Shown here: one piece after another, positions 37,448-51,200 of the stretch
How positions within the stretch are numbered: the first letter of the stretch is position 1
Layout: every line of letters starts with the position of its first letter
Assembly (NCBI GenBank): GCA_904063045.1
Contig: CAJFCJ010000084.1
Span: 14,384 to 78,383 of the forward strand
From: Dimorphilus gyrociliatus
Lineage: Eukaryota; Animalia; Annelida
Reading direction: 5' to 3'
Length of the DNA stretch: 64,000 nt
The notes under the pieces: model-generated
Told to the model about the DNA's origin: nothing
Databases searched by the model: none
Seen by the model: the letters and a program-made list of their open reading frames with translations, nothing else
Program-made: the position numbers and the translations under genes

Positions 37448-39895
37448 ACTATATTTCTGATTGATTGTTTAGCAAAATAAAACATATTTTGAACTGAAAA
37501 CAAATAGAAAATTAGAATTACAAGAACAATTTCAAAATCATATAACAAAATGTTGGTAGTCATCAGAATTTCTATTCTATCAACTTTTTTTAATAGCAAA
37601 GAACATTTTCCAGTGTTGCAGTTTGTAAATACAGATTTTTGTCAACATTTTACAAGAGCTGTAAATTTAGAGGAAAATAAAAAGTTGGCTATTGATGAAA
37701 TATTTTTTGCTAAAAAATATTATGCAAATTGTATTCGACAAATTGTTAAGGCAATAGATATAGCTCATTCTTACTCTTTATCATTTGTTAATTTAGACAT
37801 AAAAAATACTATTGCAGTGAATATAAGTGATATTTTCCTTACAATTTTTTTTTTAACTCTGCTGTAAATCACAATAATCTGTTTTTTTTTAAAGCATAAA
37901 CATGATAAATATTACTTGATTGTTAAGCAATTTAAGGTTAGTGGAGAAATTTAAAAAAAAAAAAAAATTATTTTCATCCGTATCATGTTTATGAATATTT
38001 TTTTTTTTTTTTGTATCAAGATGTCAAGTTTTGCTGATGAAAAAAATGTTATCCTATGTTTTGGAAAGTTTGTTAAATTTATTCTGCAAAGAAAAGCAAA
38101 ATTTCAACTTATCACAAAATCTTCTACACAAAAAGCTATAAGCTAAATACTTAATGAAATCAGAAATTGCATCCACTTTCAAAGGACTTTTTTTGTATTT
38201 TATCTCATTCAATTACTGCAATTGTTCTAAATTAGTAGTTCTTACCAGTAATACACTCAATTCCTTTCTTTCACTCTCTATTTTTATTGGATCTATCAAA
38301 AAATCCTTCACAATAGGACTTTGATGAACAGTGTTAGGTTGTTAGGGTTTTGGGTTAGGGTATAGGGTTCAAGACCACTCACAAAGCCTAGTATTTCCTC
38401 TTACTGAAGTACCAAGACAGTTTCTTTCAAAACATGCTATGCTCCTTAACAGATGTGTTGTTTCCAGGGGATTTAGTCACAAGTTCAGGGTTAAGGTTAG
38501 AGGATTTGTGTTGGGTCCGTGTAAACACTTAGGCTGTTATCGTACACTGTCGGCCTACATTTACCTCCGAGTACGCACCAAATTGTTACATTCCATTGAC
38601 AAATGGAAAGCAATGTTGGTATTGTGCATATTATTAATGTAACACATTTTCATTTTTGCAATAATCTTCTACCAATATACAAATTTTTCTTCATAAAATA
38701 AAAAAAGGGTCCAATTTAAACTGGGTCAGATTTCAACTGGGTCTGATTTGCTTATTGTCTTTGATAGTAATACATAGACCCTATAAATAATGTGCTTCTA
38801 TGTTCATTTTTCTAATCTAACCCAAACAACTTTCACATCTTTCCATATAAACATGGTAAAAGGACACATGCAATATTCATTAAAATATCAATGTATACAG
38901 GAGGGTTCAATTACAGAATTGGTCCTCTCCATCCACTTCCAGATGGTATCATAGTGATACTATCTTCTAAAATAACCCTGATAAGTCTCTGCAAAGGAAG
39001 AGATGAAACCATCGTAGGTTAACAATGTTTGGTGCTTGAAAGAGTTCTATGTTGTGTGAGTACTTTGTTCAATTGGTAAATGATTGGAGAGGACGAATTT
39101 AATTAGGATGATCCAGAAGTTCCTACAATTACAATACAACAAAGTACATACTCAAAAAGAGAGAAACACTTATATTACCATTTTCATATGCAAAAGTTAA
39201 AATTGTTTGAAAACCAGTATTTATATTGCCAGATTGAAATTCTTTAACTTGAGCTTTGAGTTTAGGTGAATTTATCACCAATCCGTTCTTCAAGTAGAAT
39301 TCAAGTTTCAAAGGAATTCAATTTGACAACATTATTGCTATTATTGATTATTTTAATTGAATAAAAGTAAAAGGAATCCTTGAAAATGATTTCTAAAGAA
39401 TAGGAAGATTTACATCTTTAAAATGTTTTCATATTCTCAGCCTAAACCCCATCTAAATGTAGAAAAATTCATTTAAAGTCATATTACCAACTCTGAAAGC
39501 ATGCATATAACAAAAAAAGCACTCATTGGAGCTTTCTGTATTGAATATAGTCCCTTTTTCTACCTCTATATTGTTTCAGTTTGTTTGAGTGTTCATTTTG
39601 AGTATTGAAAAGAAAATAACAGTATTATCTAGGGATTTGGAAAATCCTGGGATAAAGCCACCAATTCATTGATAAATTTGAACAGTTTCTATTGTAGTTT
39701 GTTGTCTCGTAATTGTTGAATTTAGTATGTTAAAATGTAGGAAAAAATCTATGGTTCTAACATTTTTACGAAGTCTTGACTCATTTTTTCCCAAAATTTT
39801 TGCAAGTTAGCCCTAGGACAGTCTGAAAGTAATGAAATTTCCGTCTGACTAACCTAAAAAAACTACTTCCGTTTATTTTACCCCATGATCTAGAC

Positions 39896-40934
39896 TTACC
39901 TAAAACCAAATCCTAATTTCAAGTCCAATATTTGAATTGAATTTTTTAAAAGAAAATATTGTTGTGTTAATTTTGTTGATAAATTGAAAAATACAATTAT
40001 AATACAAAGTGGATGTTTACAAAATTCTCTTAGATCATTACTACTTTTAAATAGTAATAGAAATTTTGTTTTTAAAAGTTTAACATAACTTTCATTATAT
40101 CCTTTACATCTACAAATTTCTTGTAAACATGATAAATTCTCCATTGGTGTTATACCATCAATTTTAAATATATAATCCAGACATAATTTTAGAAATGGAA
40201 ATTTTAAATTTCTAACAAATATTAATTTTTTAACATTTCCATTTCTAAAATTATTGAGTAGTATATGAAATTTAGAATTAGGATTTTCCATTAATTCATT
40301 TAATTTCATTTTTTGAATACTGCATTTTTAAAATGATATATGCATCCTTGAATTAAAGTGTTTGGGAATGACTTTTGAATAGCTTTCCACAATGCAGCCT
40401 CAAAATCAATCACAACTTTAAAAAACATTCACCAAATTTGTTGAATTTTCTTCAGAAGAATCATCAAGTTCCATCAAACTTTCATTTCGAAATTCCAATG
40501 AAAGTTCAAGCTAAATGTCAAAATAAAATTTTAAAATAATAAAAAATTGAACAAGTGCTATACCTCTTTATTTCCAAATTGATGAACTGTTTTATCATTA
40601 ACAAATGCCTTGACTGTTAAATGTTCAGATCCATGATGATCATCATTTTGCTGAAAATCCATTGCAGTTTCATTTTCATTGTTCTGTTCATTTTCATTTG
40701 CAAGTTCTTTATTATTGACCTGTTCAGTCTCACTGATAAGATCAGTTTCACTGTCCAATTGATTTTCAGTTTTTCAGTTTCAGTAATTAGCTTATTCATT
40801 ACAGGCTGATTTTGTATTTTAAAATTTGATTGCAGTTCAAATAACTGAACCTGACATTTTCTTGTTTTAATATCTTTGCATAAATTGCAGTAACCTTGTC
40901 CTTTAGTTAAATAATAATATATTGAATAAAACAA
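39896..40934 (-). mobile_element. MULE (Mutator-like) transposase-derived remnant
   Basis: VVIDFEAALWKAIQKSFPNTLIQGCIYH (about 40330-40420) is the MULE D-x-E...GC-x-H segment; the first catalytic DGTF block is not seen; frameshifted. Confidence 0.6.
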
Positions 40935-41299
40935 ACCTTTGAGGTAAAATGTGTTACCGTAAATTGAGTGATATTTAAGAAGATTAGATTAGATTTTTAC
41001 TTCCTTCCTCTCTGAAGATTTCATTTCAATTTAAAGAAAGTGGAGGGAATAGAGAAAATTTAAAAATCTCAAAGTTTCATTTTTAGATTAATCTATAATT
41101 TGATAAGCGAATTTTTTTTATATTCAAATAGTATTTTTACTTTTTGTTAATTTCCATTTGGGAAAATGTTTCAATTTTCGTATTCAAACTCTCAGCAATA
41201 GAAATAATATGTTTATTCAAGTTTATAAAATAGATACATCTATCATTTGCAAGTAGGTATCTTCAATTCATTTTTGCCTTTCTCTTTTTTTTTTGAATT

Positions 41300-41447
41300 G
41301 ATAATAAATATACATGCAGTTTGAGCATTCCATCAATTTGGCCAAATAAAGTCTTAACACGTGGTGTTATAAGTTATGGACTCATAATCTATCCTAAAGA
41401 CCTTGGAGAATTACCTACATATAAAGATGTTATAGCATATCTGTTAT

Positions 41448-41486
<39 letters not shown>

Positions 41487-42626
41487 TTGTTTGTGTTTAG
41501 ATTATCCTAGATGTCCTGCATTTCATCTTCTCTATTCAATTTTTACCATAACTAATAGTTTTTATAAAAGAGAAGTAGAGTTTTCTATTACCTATGAAAC
41601 TGGTTTGGATCACCATCTTCATCTGTATTGCGAGTAAAATAACTAATTTATTAAACTTGTTAAAATAAATTATAATCATACTTACTCAATTATAGAGTCT
41701 CTCTTCAACAAGAATTTCCACATGTAACTGTTGAAGGTGCCAATAGTACATTTATGACTTATGGTTCTAGTAAGTGAAAATAATGGAGAAGTTTTTGTTT
41801 TTTTTTTATCATTTGCTTGAAAAAATCTTTTAATTCTCTACAGAAAGAGAATACAAAATGTTTGCTGATGACTCAACACCACTTAATTATGAAGTCATCT
41901 TCATTTTTAACTGCACAGAAACCAATCTTGGGTTAAACTATGTTACTCCATATTCATTTATTTTTCAAAGAACTTCCTATACTCCAAGTTCAGCGAATGG
42001 TGACCCACATTTTGCTCAACTTGTCTATGATCAGTTAAATGAAAGGGACAGGTTGATTTGTTATGATATTGTTGGCAAATCTGGTCAATAAATTCAAATT
42101 GTCAACTTTAAAAAGCAGGATATTGAAGTTTATGGAAAATTATTAGATGATTACTAAATGCATGAAATGAATGTTTAGTCCAACATAGCAAATATGACAA
42201 CTACTAGCAAAGGATTATTCTATTCAAATAAAGAATTGTTGTTCTCTTGGAAGAGTAATTCTCTCCCAAACGAGCATCACCTTAAAAAGTTTATTGTAAA
42301 ATGCACACAAGATAAAATTGTTCTAACTGATGAAAAGACTTTCACTCTCATTATTGAAAAGGCTAGAAATCTATTCAATAAAGAGTATCTAAATATAGAC
42401 ATTCAAAGACATCAGAATGATTATTCAACAATTGGAGGAATTATTGGAGAAGTTGGAAATGCAAAGTTTGAGATTTATGAACAAATTCAGAGTGGAGAAA
42501 ATCGGTATGAAGATCAATGATGTCCTAAAGGTGGGACAATACAAGAAAAGGAAAAATCAGCAATGTTTACTTGTTGATATAAGAGATATATTAAGCACTA
42601 ATAAACTTTCCCAAATGATCAAATGA
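41300..42626 (+). pseudogene. Cadherin-like repeats fused to an ITIH C-terminal (ITI_HC_C)-like domain, with in-frame stops
   Basis: SANGDPHFAQ...LICYDIVGKSG...YLNIDI...GGIIGEVG matches the ITIH C-terminal pattern; upstream spliced exons include PLNYEVIFIFNCTE; stops at 42089, 42155 and 42176 in one frame. Confidence 0.65.
41447..41482. repeat. (TG)n microsatellite, intronic
   Basis: Directly visible; other SSRs include (GACA)n about 7420-7445, (TC)n about 23310-23332, (CAA)n about 23707-23732 and (GA)n about 44177-44208. Confidence 0.95.
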
Positions 42627-43304
42627 GATAATTTAACAAAAATTGATCATGTTATAAACAAATAAACAAAATCCATAGATTAATTTGAGTAGTTTCAAGT
42701 AAATTCTTATGAGAAATCTCTGGAAGAGAAGCTTAAATAGATAGTGGAAATGTAAATGCAAGTAAAGACACTTGATAAGAGTTTCCTGAAAAAAGTTCTC
42801 TTTCCCAATACATTGCTCTCTCTCATTACTCCTAACCTTTAGATATGACCCTTCTACGTGCAAATCAGCAATTGTCTTATTCTTACTAAACAGTTCATAA
42901 ATGGGTACATCCCTTTGTGAATGATTTCTGTCTGTATTTTGTGAGTCTTAAAATGAAAAGAAAAACCAGATGTCACTACTGTATAATTGTGTAGACAAAT
43001 CTTAGGATTGAAACTGCATCTTTTACTTAATTTGATACGCGATGATGAAAGGTTGTAAGTATCAATTGTTGGAAGACTCTTGACCTATTTTACGGACACA
43101 ATACAGACAAAGACATTTGGAGTAGTGTCTATGTTTGTTTTAGCAATACCCATAGACCTTCCATTTCCAAAGACATTGTTTAAGTAATACCTAGTTAAGA
43201 TTAATGGATGAACTATAAAAGCAATGTAAGCTAATGGTAAATTTTTAATGAAATGAACCTTTAGCATTCATTAGATGTATAATGATTAGTGACTTTTCTT
43301 CAGA

Positions 43305-44055
43305 ATGGCATGGAAGAATGATGTATTTTTCCTTATAATCTCTTGTTTGTATTTTTTGTTAGGAGTGTCTTCAAATCTATTAATTTTGTTCTTGTATTCT
43401 TTTCATGGAAAAACAACAACTTTGTCTAATTACTTTATTAAGGTTTTAGCTTGCATTGACCTATTTACATGTTCCATGCTAGTTCCATGTGTTACTGCAG
43501 TTGAACTGTTTTCTCTGCATAATGTGATATTTTGCAAAATAACCCTTTCTCTGTGTTTTGGTACACTGACCTATTCTTTTTTGACTTCCATTTCAATAGC
43601 AGTGGAGAGATGGTTTCCTATTCATAAACCTTATCTTCTCAAAAGAAAGCAAGTAATTATCTTGAATATGATCAACCTATCTCAATGTTTCCTAGTTGGA
43701 TCTTTATCTGCTAATAATTACACAATAATAAAAGTAACAGACGACAAAGAAACAACATTTGAATATTTATGAAGATCACCAGATATACATAAGAAAAATA
43801 ACAACTTATTTAACAACCACTGGATCATCATTGGCATTGAACATAGCAATGGTATTGTATGTTAGCATATTTCGAGTTGTTTCAAGAAGAATGAAAGCAC
43901 CTTTAGGTAGTCAATCACTAAACAAATTACCTGATTCTAAAGTTCAACTCAAATCAGCATCTATGCTATTTGGTGTAACATTGTTATTTATTATCTGTTG
44001 GATACCAGTATATGTCTCATTTTATAATTTTAATGTAGAAGATTTCGGATTCTAA
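43305..44055 (+). pseudogene. Intronless rhodopsin GPCR with a frameshift in ECL2 and no recognisable TM7
   Basis: GVSSNLL, LACIDL, AVERW; frame change near 43760; TM6 FIICWIP followed by a stop. Confidence 0.8.
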
Positions 44056-44311
44056 GAGCAATACAGTTCAGGTTGCCATAGTACTCGATACTTTAACAAA
44101 GTTTGAATAAAATACAAAAAACCTATTACTTATACTATGAAATTAGAAATTTCTAAGGAAATAAAAGATGATCAGACAGAGAGAGAGAGAGAAAGAGAGA
44201 AAGAGAGAGTATGACAGTTGTAATTGATGAGTAAATTTTTAGAAATTAGGGAATAGAAAAATCTTTAATTCTTGCTATTTTTTCAACTACTTTTTGGACT
44301 ATTCTAACAAC

Positions 44312-45962
44312 ACTAGCTACTTGATCATAGCCTCTAAACTTTTCAGAGCGTAGATGAGTTTTAATACAATAAATTTCATCACAAAGATGGGGGTGTTTGA
44401 ACCCTAATTTTGCCCCTCAAAATTGAACTTTTAACATCTCTGATTGACAAATATGCTTTTTATTGATAAGAAAAACTTATGCAAAAGAAATTTCACAGAG
44501 TTGAGAATTTTGTAGAAAAGCTACAATATATACACCTTCGCAGTGTCTCCCATTGCAATTGCAACTATATTGGCAAGTTTCCAAATTGGAAAATAACAAT
44601 TTGCAAACTTTGAATTTACCTTCAAATTTTATTTCAAATTGCTCTTCAATTGGTATATAAACCAATAAGTTATTAAATTCTCCATTTGAACAAGACAAAT
44701 TCTTTCCATACACACTCAATAGAATTGGGGAAAGTGGCTTATTTACTCCTGGAAATGGATACCTTGACATGAATGGTAAAGATTTTGATTCTATACAAGT
44801 TGAATTATTTAAGTCACTGAGTGCATTAGCAATATTTTTCTCACAAGTAGATGATGGAGGATGGAGTGCTGGTACAGACTTTGTGCATAAAAGCTTATTA
44901 AGAACATTAGGATTTCTATGGCAATCAGACTGAGAATGGCATTTATCCATACCAACTGTAAAATATTTGCAGGACGAGTCAGTATTGCAGGCTGCTTTGC
45001 AAGTATTATAACTTGGATTTGTTGAGACACTTGGAGTGTTTGGCTCAGTAGTGCAAGAACCAATTGTACAAGTAGAATCTGGAAAAGCATATCTATTATA
45101 GGAGAGGTAATTTGTATGTGTTGTAGATTGTGTTATTAGCTTATTCTTAAGAAAGCAGTATCGTCCTGAATGTATATTTTTCGACAAAACAAAACTCATA
45201 CAATTTGGCAGTTCAAGGCAATATTTTGCACATATTCTGGGATCTTTGGCCAAAGGGTCTGATGAAGCTGTTGAAGATATGTCAAAACCCCCTAAACTAC
45301 CAGTTTTCACAGTAAAGCCAGGAACTTGTTGTTTTGATATAAAACATCCATAACTGGGATCGTAACATGCATATCTTTTTCTAAAATCATTTGAGCAATT
45401 ATCAGCATGAATATCTGTGTCACCAATACGAATTCTTTCACTCTCATTAATTTCACATGCTGTCACTAAATTAAAGTCGCAATTGCATATCATTGGTAAA
45501 AGAAGAAGAATGCTCAAACTCGTAAATATAATTCTTTTACAATCCATGCCAAAGTTTAAGTTAATGGTTTATTCTTGTAAACTGAGAAAAACCAGATGTT
45601 CAACTGGCATACAAAATATCAAAAATATCTCCTTATTAACATAGTATAATCATATGCTGTCTCCAGGGTTACATTGGGAAAACATCATCGTTTGCATATT
45701 TCACTTTTATCCCTTCTGAAAAAACTATGAGAATGATTGAAATGATAGTTTTTTAATTATTTAAATAGTTCAACATGATAAATAGATTAATTTCCAAACT
45801 AGTACAATATTCACTTCACAATAGAATTGAAACAACAATGCCCATAACACTTTAATATTCTGCCAAATATTAACAATTTAAATATACATTTTTGGCTGAT
45901 AAAAGAATGGGAAAATGCATCTACACTCTGAAAAGTTTAGAGGCTATGTTCAAGTAGCTAGT
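44312..45962. repeat. 45-bp inverted repeat pair (44312-44356 and 45918-45962) flanking an intronless gene
   Basis: actagctacttgatcatagcctctaaacttttcagagcgtagatg versus the reverse complement of catctacactctgaaaagtttagaggctatgttcaagtagctagt; about 2 mismatches. Confidence 0.8.
44477..45547 (-). CDS. Intronless secreted protein: signal peptide, trefoil-like, 2 PAN/Apple domains, Cys-rich C-terminal domain (356 aa)
   Basis: Hydrophobic N-terminus; ICAKYCLELPNCMSF...YCFLK and TCKAACNTDSSCKYF PAN motifs; C-terminus TCI..RYPFP..GKNLSC..CQYSCNCNGRHCEGVYI..LCEI. Confidence 0.85.
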   Translation of the reverse strand: MDCKRIIFTSLSILLLLPMICNCDFNLVTACEINESERIRIGDTDIHADNCSNDFRKRYACYDPSYGCFISKQQVPGFTVKTGSLGGFDISSTASSDPLAKDPRICAKYCLELPNCMSFVLSKNIHSGRYCFLKNKLITQSTTHTNYLSYNRYAFPDSTCTIGSCTTEPNTPSVSTNPSYNTCKAACNTDSSCKYFTVGMDKCHSQSDCHRNPNVLNKLLCTKSVPALHPPSSTCEKNIANALSDLNNSTCIESKSLPFMSRYPFPGVNKPLSPILLSVYGKNLSCSNGEFNNLLVYIPIEEQFEIKFEGKFKVCKLLFSNLETCQYSCNCNGRHCEGVYIVAFLQNSQLCEISFA

Positions 45963-47595
45963 TGTTGATTGCCTCAATTTTTCACCAGTATACTTTCTCA
46001 TTGTCTCAACGAATTCATTAATTTTTTAGCATATTGTGGAAAATTTTTAATATATTCAATTATTTTTCTCTTATACATAGCTCTCAGTTCATTTTGACAA
46101 TCTCTATAAACGAAAATTAGGATTCGTTAGAAATGGGAATATATATGAAATTATAAAATATTAATTTGAATAGTAATAGTAGACAATACTTTATTCACAC
46201 TGTACAGAATGAATTCTTCTGATAGGACTACATCTATTCGATTGCTCAAAATCTAAACAGACATTAACTGATTGAAAAGAATAGTGAGTTTTTGAATTTG
46301 TTCAATATTTTTGAATAAAAGCATTTGTGTCGTATTGCATTAGGTAATTTCATTACAACAGCAAATTCTATTGAAATATTAGTACACAGTTTATGGCTAT
46401 AACGGAGGTTATTGGTGGGAAGGGAAGGGATGTCCTCCTAGTCTGTCCCCTCAGTTTCTCTCTCTCTCTCTCTCTGTCTCTTAGACAATACTAACATGAA
46501 ATATTTCAGCTTAATTCTACTTTGCAGTTGTTTTAAACAGACTGAGGAATATTTAAAAAAAATACAAAACATTCCAATAGAAGTTGATATATTTTTAAAT
46601 TTAATTGAAAATGAAAAGATTGTCTGCTAATTCAACAAATCAGTGTCGATACATTTTCAATCAAAATACTATTACAATGAATTTTAAAAAACACCATAGT
46701 TCATATTGCAGAAATTTCAAAGGTTTTCTCAGTTGTATGTTCAAAAATTGCCTTTTCAAACAGAGTAGTACAGTTCAAGAAGACCTTATAACAGAACTAT
46801 GTAACAAAGATAAGGATATATTTTTGTGTAAGAGTAGGCCTACATTTTATAGGACTAATCACTAATCTTTGAAAATAAACCCTAAATAGCAATAGTGAAA
46901 GAAATTTAGAGTCAATTAATCTCACATAAAGAACTGTTTTTGTGATTTATCAGCAACACAAGTGACATCCACACAGGATTCTTGTAAAAAAAAATTCATG
47001 TTTAATCTCTAATTTCATTTATTTTTTAGACAATCTGTAGCACTGATAGTCAAGATACCAAACCAGCTACCAACCAGAAAGAACAGGAGTCTTCCTCTAA
47101 CACTTTCACTATGCTAGAATATTTAGGTTTCAGGCGAAGCTTGAGAGGCAGTGACTGAAAATGATTCAACAGAAGTTTCATTTTCCACATCATCCTCATC
47201 CTCTATACCACTTTCCAATGGGAAAACTTTTCTTTCACAGGAGTCAGTATTCGTCTTATAAATAACACTTCCCTTTTTTCCTTAAAAAGAAAATTCCTGA
47301 ATTTGTAATACCAAAATCCTTATCATCTTCATGACATTTAAAACTATTAATTTTTCCAAGTGGCCATTCTTACTTAGGTTCTATTTGGACCAGTACTCTA
47401 CCATTAGGTTTCATTCTAGCGGATGTACTAAGTACCCTACAAGCTATGTAGGTGTGCACTACTTTGAATTTAATTTGTGGTAGAAGTGCATCAGTTTGAC
47501 ATTTTGCATTGTCTATCTGCAAAATAACTTCTTTTTCATATCTCACCTATCTTATTCTGTTCCTGGGTCAAAGATAACGATTGCTAATAATTTAT

Positions 47596-47860
47596 TCAAC
47601 GTAGGGGACAGTTTAACTTTTTATCAATATGATCATACTGTATGGATTTCCTCCTAATTTTATGATCAAAGTGATAGACCAAGGTCTCATCGCCTTTCGC
47701 AATTTTCTGGAAAAAGGCTTTTCCCTCATTTTTAAATCTTGAAATGAGGCCGTGACAAGTCTCTACCTTGTATTCTTTCTGTTTTGATGCCAAGTCATAT
47801 GGAATACACCAAGCAGAAATTTTGTGAATCTTTAGATTATAGACTATTAGACTTTGTGAC
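47596..47860 (-). mobile_element. mariner transposase fragment
   Basis: KISAWCIPYDL..KQKEYKVETC..LISRFKNEGKAFFQKIAKGDETLVYHFD resembles the mariner WVP...TGDETW segment. Confidence 0.8.
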
Positions 47861-48279
47861 ATCCTGTTACTGAAGATAAACGCCAACTAGACTATTCACC
47901 AAATGCAAACAGATGATTGGATATCAGCGACAAACAGTCCCCTAAAGAGGTTGGACTGTTTCATAATGGAACATCAAATTTTGTCGACAACTATTTAGAA
48001 TAGAATGAATTTTATTCAATTTGTGTGAAATACAAATATGAAGGAGCCACTACTAGGTTGCAAGCAAACCAAAGATTTAGTATAATATATCAAAACTGAT
48101 CTGTTCGCTGTTAATTTCACAGAATTTAAAGTATATACTTTTCCTAACAGATAATGAGCTTTAGCACAAACTATGTTAGTTTACAAGAAAGTTTAGCAAA
48201 GTTATGGTCCTTCAGGTGCTTAAACCCTAGTGAATATGTTTGGGTCAAATAAGAACACTATAGAAAAGTAATTTTTACC

Positions 48280-51200
48280 TCAGTCTACACAGTGCTGATC
48301 TCTTTCTACAGTCTCTTTTATCCATTGAAAATTAGGTCCAATCTGTGTAAGAGCCGTGTTCTCAGCTTTACAATTTTCAGGAGAGGAGGTAAAAGCAGTA
48401 ACAGTTGGTCTTGAATTGATATTACAGTTTAGCGGAGTACCAGCAGTTTGCTTTTAGAGAAAAAAAAAGTTTATTCTATTTACCCATAGCTATCAAAAAA
48501 CCTTGCAATACACGTCATTCTTGCTCAAAACGCCTTCACCACATAAAGTGTTTGGAGGTTTAATCTTAAGTGCAGGACTACAATTGTTTGGATTGACAAT
48601 TTCCATTTTCTTTGGGAAAAGCATATAAAGATTCTCTCCATAAGCTGTGGGAAATTTAGGGTTTTATGTGTAAGTGGAGGAATAAGCTAGTAAAAAATTT
48701 GTTTGTTGTATACCGTTTGCAAATCCAGAAAGTGTACATCCTTTTAAGTTTTGGTTAGTGTAATTATATGATGTTTCAGAGATGCATGCTGTCCTAAGTT
48801 TACTTGTACTATAATGTCTTATTTCCAATTTCAGTAATGCAATATCATAATCTGCAGGATTTTTCTCATATTTTGGATGAATAGATGTTTTTATCACAAT
48901 ACCAATGCTTTTCCCACTACTCCTTTCTGGACCATAAAATACTTTCAATTCCTTTTGGCTAAAAAACATTAGTAGAAAAAATACAAAATTTTCTTATTTT
49001 GGAAGGACAGCTGTAGGGTTTTATGTAATAATGTTAAAATTATTGGTATGGATAGCTTTGTAATCCTATGCATAACCCCCAGACAAGTGGCATAAAACCC
49101 TTTATAGTTTTCTTTGCCATATCCAAAATTAATAAACAGCCTCAAAATAGGATCAACTGTCCAAGCAAAAAAAAAATAAACATACTTACCGAAATTTTTT
49201 CACACATGTAGCAGATGAAAGAACAAATCTCTCATGAATCAGTATTCCTGCACAACGGTTATAAGAAACTGAAATTGTTACCTATATTTTGAAGAATTTT
49301 TAAGTCAAATAAACTGGTTTGATATCTATGATACAAACAAGCCAAGGGAAATTATTAGTAAGTGTTATATTATCCTTCTCCCAAATGATTTCAGTGTTGT
49401 CCGTCTTACCACAAGATGGATGATTTAGGCCAATAAGTGGTGGACTGGATTTAACTAAACAAAATTCTCTGTATTTAAAGTTATTTGTATAGTTTCTAAA
49501 TATGTAAAATACCTGACTCAACTGGACATTTAGAATATGTAGACATATGAAAATCATATAGTTTCAATAATTTTACATGGCCTATTTGTTTTACACTTGC
49601 AATCAGTTGGACATAATAGAAAGGAACATCAACATTAGTATAGTGCTTTATTATTTCCTTTCTACATTGAGTCCTAATTCTAATTTGTACATAAGGATTT
49701 CTATAACAAAGAAAAACATAATTTTGAAAGAATAAATAAAACCTTTTTCAAATGATTAGGAAATAAAGTCCAATTCTCCTTGTAAATTTCTGCTTACCTA
49801 AAAACTTGCTTTTTTCCCCTAATGTATAGATCTATATCTGGTGATATTGCATTAGATTGTCCATCCAATGTTCTTATTATTACTTTGAAACTTATACAAT
49901 TTTTTTCTGTTTCATATATTGCAGCTCTGAATGAGGTAATTGTTGTTGGAAAAGGTATTTTTGTTAGATATACACCGCCAACTCCAATAACTTCCGCTGT
50001 AAAGATTAATATAAAAAATAATATTTCTGTAGAGTATTTTTTAAAAGAATAATAATATATTTTGGTTCTGAAGTGAGCTTCAGAGAGCAATGTTTAAGAG
50101 ACATAGTGTGTGTGTGGTGTGAAGTGATTTATGACTAGAAAATAATGCCTATAGGAATGTTTGCAGCTCAAGAAAATACTTACAAGAATATCTCACAAAT
50201 GTAAATGGAGTTGTATCTTGAGTCTTTACAACAGCCCTCCAATCATTATGTTGATAAACTAATAGTAAATTAAATTAATTCTAATTAAGAAGCAGAAATA
50301 TTTTCTATATTGTCAATAATACTGTACAAGTAGGGTTTGAATTATATTCTGACAAACTAATATCATAATTGCAGTTGCTCACTACAGTTATATTGTCAAT
50401 ACCAACATTAATTCTTTCATCATATCCTCTAACATATTTAAATATTAGCTGGAAAAAAAAACAAGCAAAATATGGAAAATGATTAGAATTTAAAAAAAAT
50501 TAATTTATTACTCTAAATTTCTGGATATTATACAATTTCATTGGCAGACAAATCTTTTTCCAGTAGGGATCTTTTGAAGTTTTATCACGACCTTCATAAG
50601 CACCAGCACCAAATATTTCATCATCATGCTCAACTAAGAACATTAGAGGAGAAGTACTATATTCAGAAAATTTTTCTAAAAATACATCAAATTGAATATA
50701 ATTCCTGTCCTTTGCATTGTAAAAAGGTGTTATGAGTAGTGAAACTGTTGATTGTGGAGCAAATTTTGAAATTACGCCAGGGTTAGAAGAAATAACTTAT
50801 TTGGAATTTTATAAAATCTTTGACACTAATTTGCAAAGTATTGGAGTTGAAGGACAATTCGGTATGGGGAAATCTTTCCAAGCGAGTCATCTTTAAAAAA
50901 GCCCTTTTGGAAGATTATCACGAAAATTCAAATCATTCCAAGGTTATGCTCAAATATATTCAAAGACGTTCGTATATCGAAGATATGACTTTAAGGAGCT
51001 TTAATATGGAATCCGTTGTGGAATGTTTAAAAGATGTGTTTACTAGGGAAAGCAACAAACTGCAAATTATACACTTTCAAGATATCATTCTGGAAGAGAT
51101 CACCTGCAAAAAGTTGAATGAGTACTTACCTTATTTGAAACGGTTGAAATCGTTCAAAATGACAAATGTAAAATTGATTGGAAAAGGATTCACTGAACAA

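Noticed and set aside
37550-37867. 105-aa ORF downstream of the third GRL101-like gene
   Set aside because: No recognisable motif or splice context; it may be 3' UTR.
46605-46865. Small Cys-containing ORF as a secreted protein exon
   Set aside because: No linked signal peptide or recognisable domain could be established.
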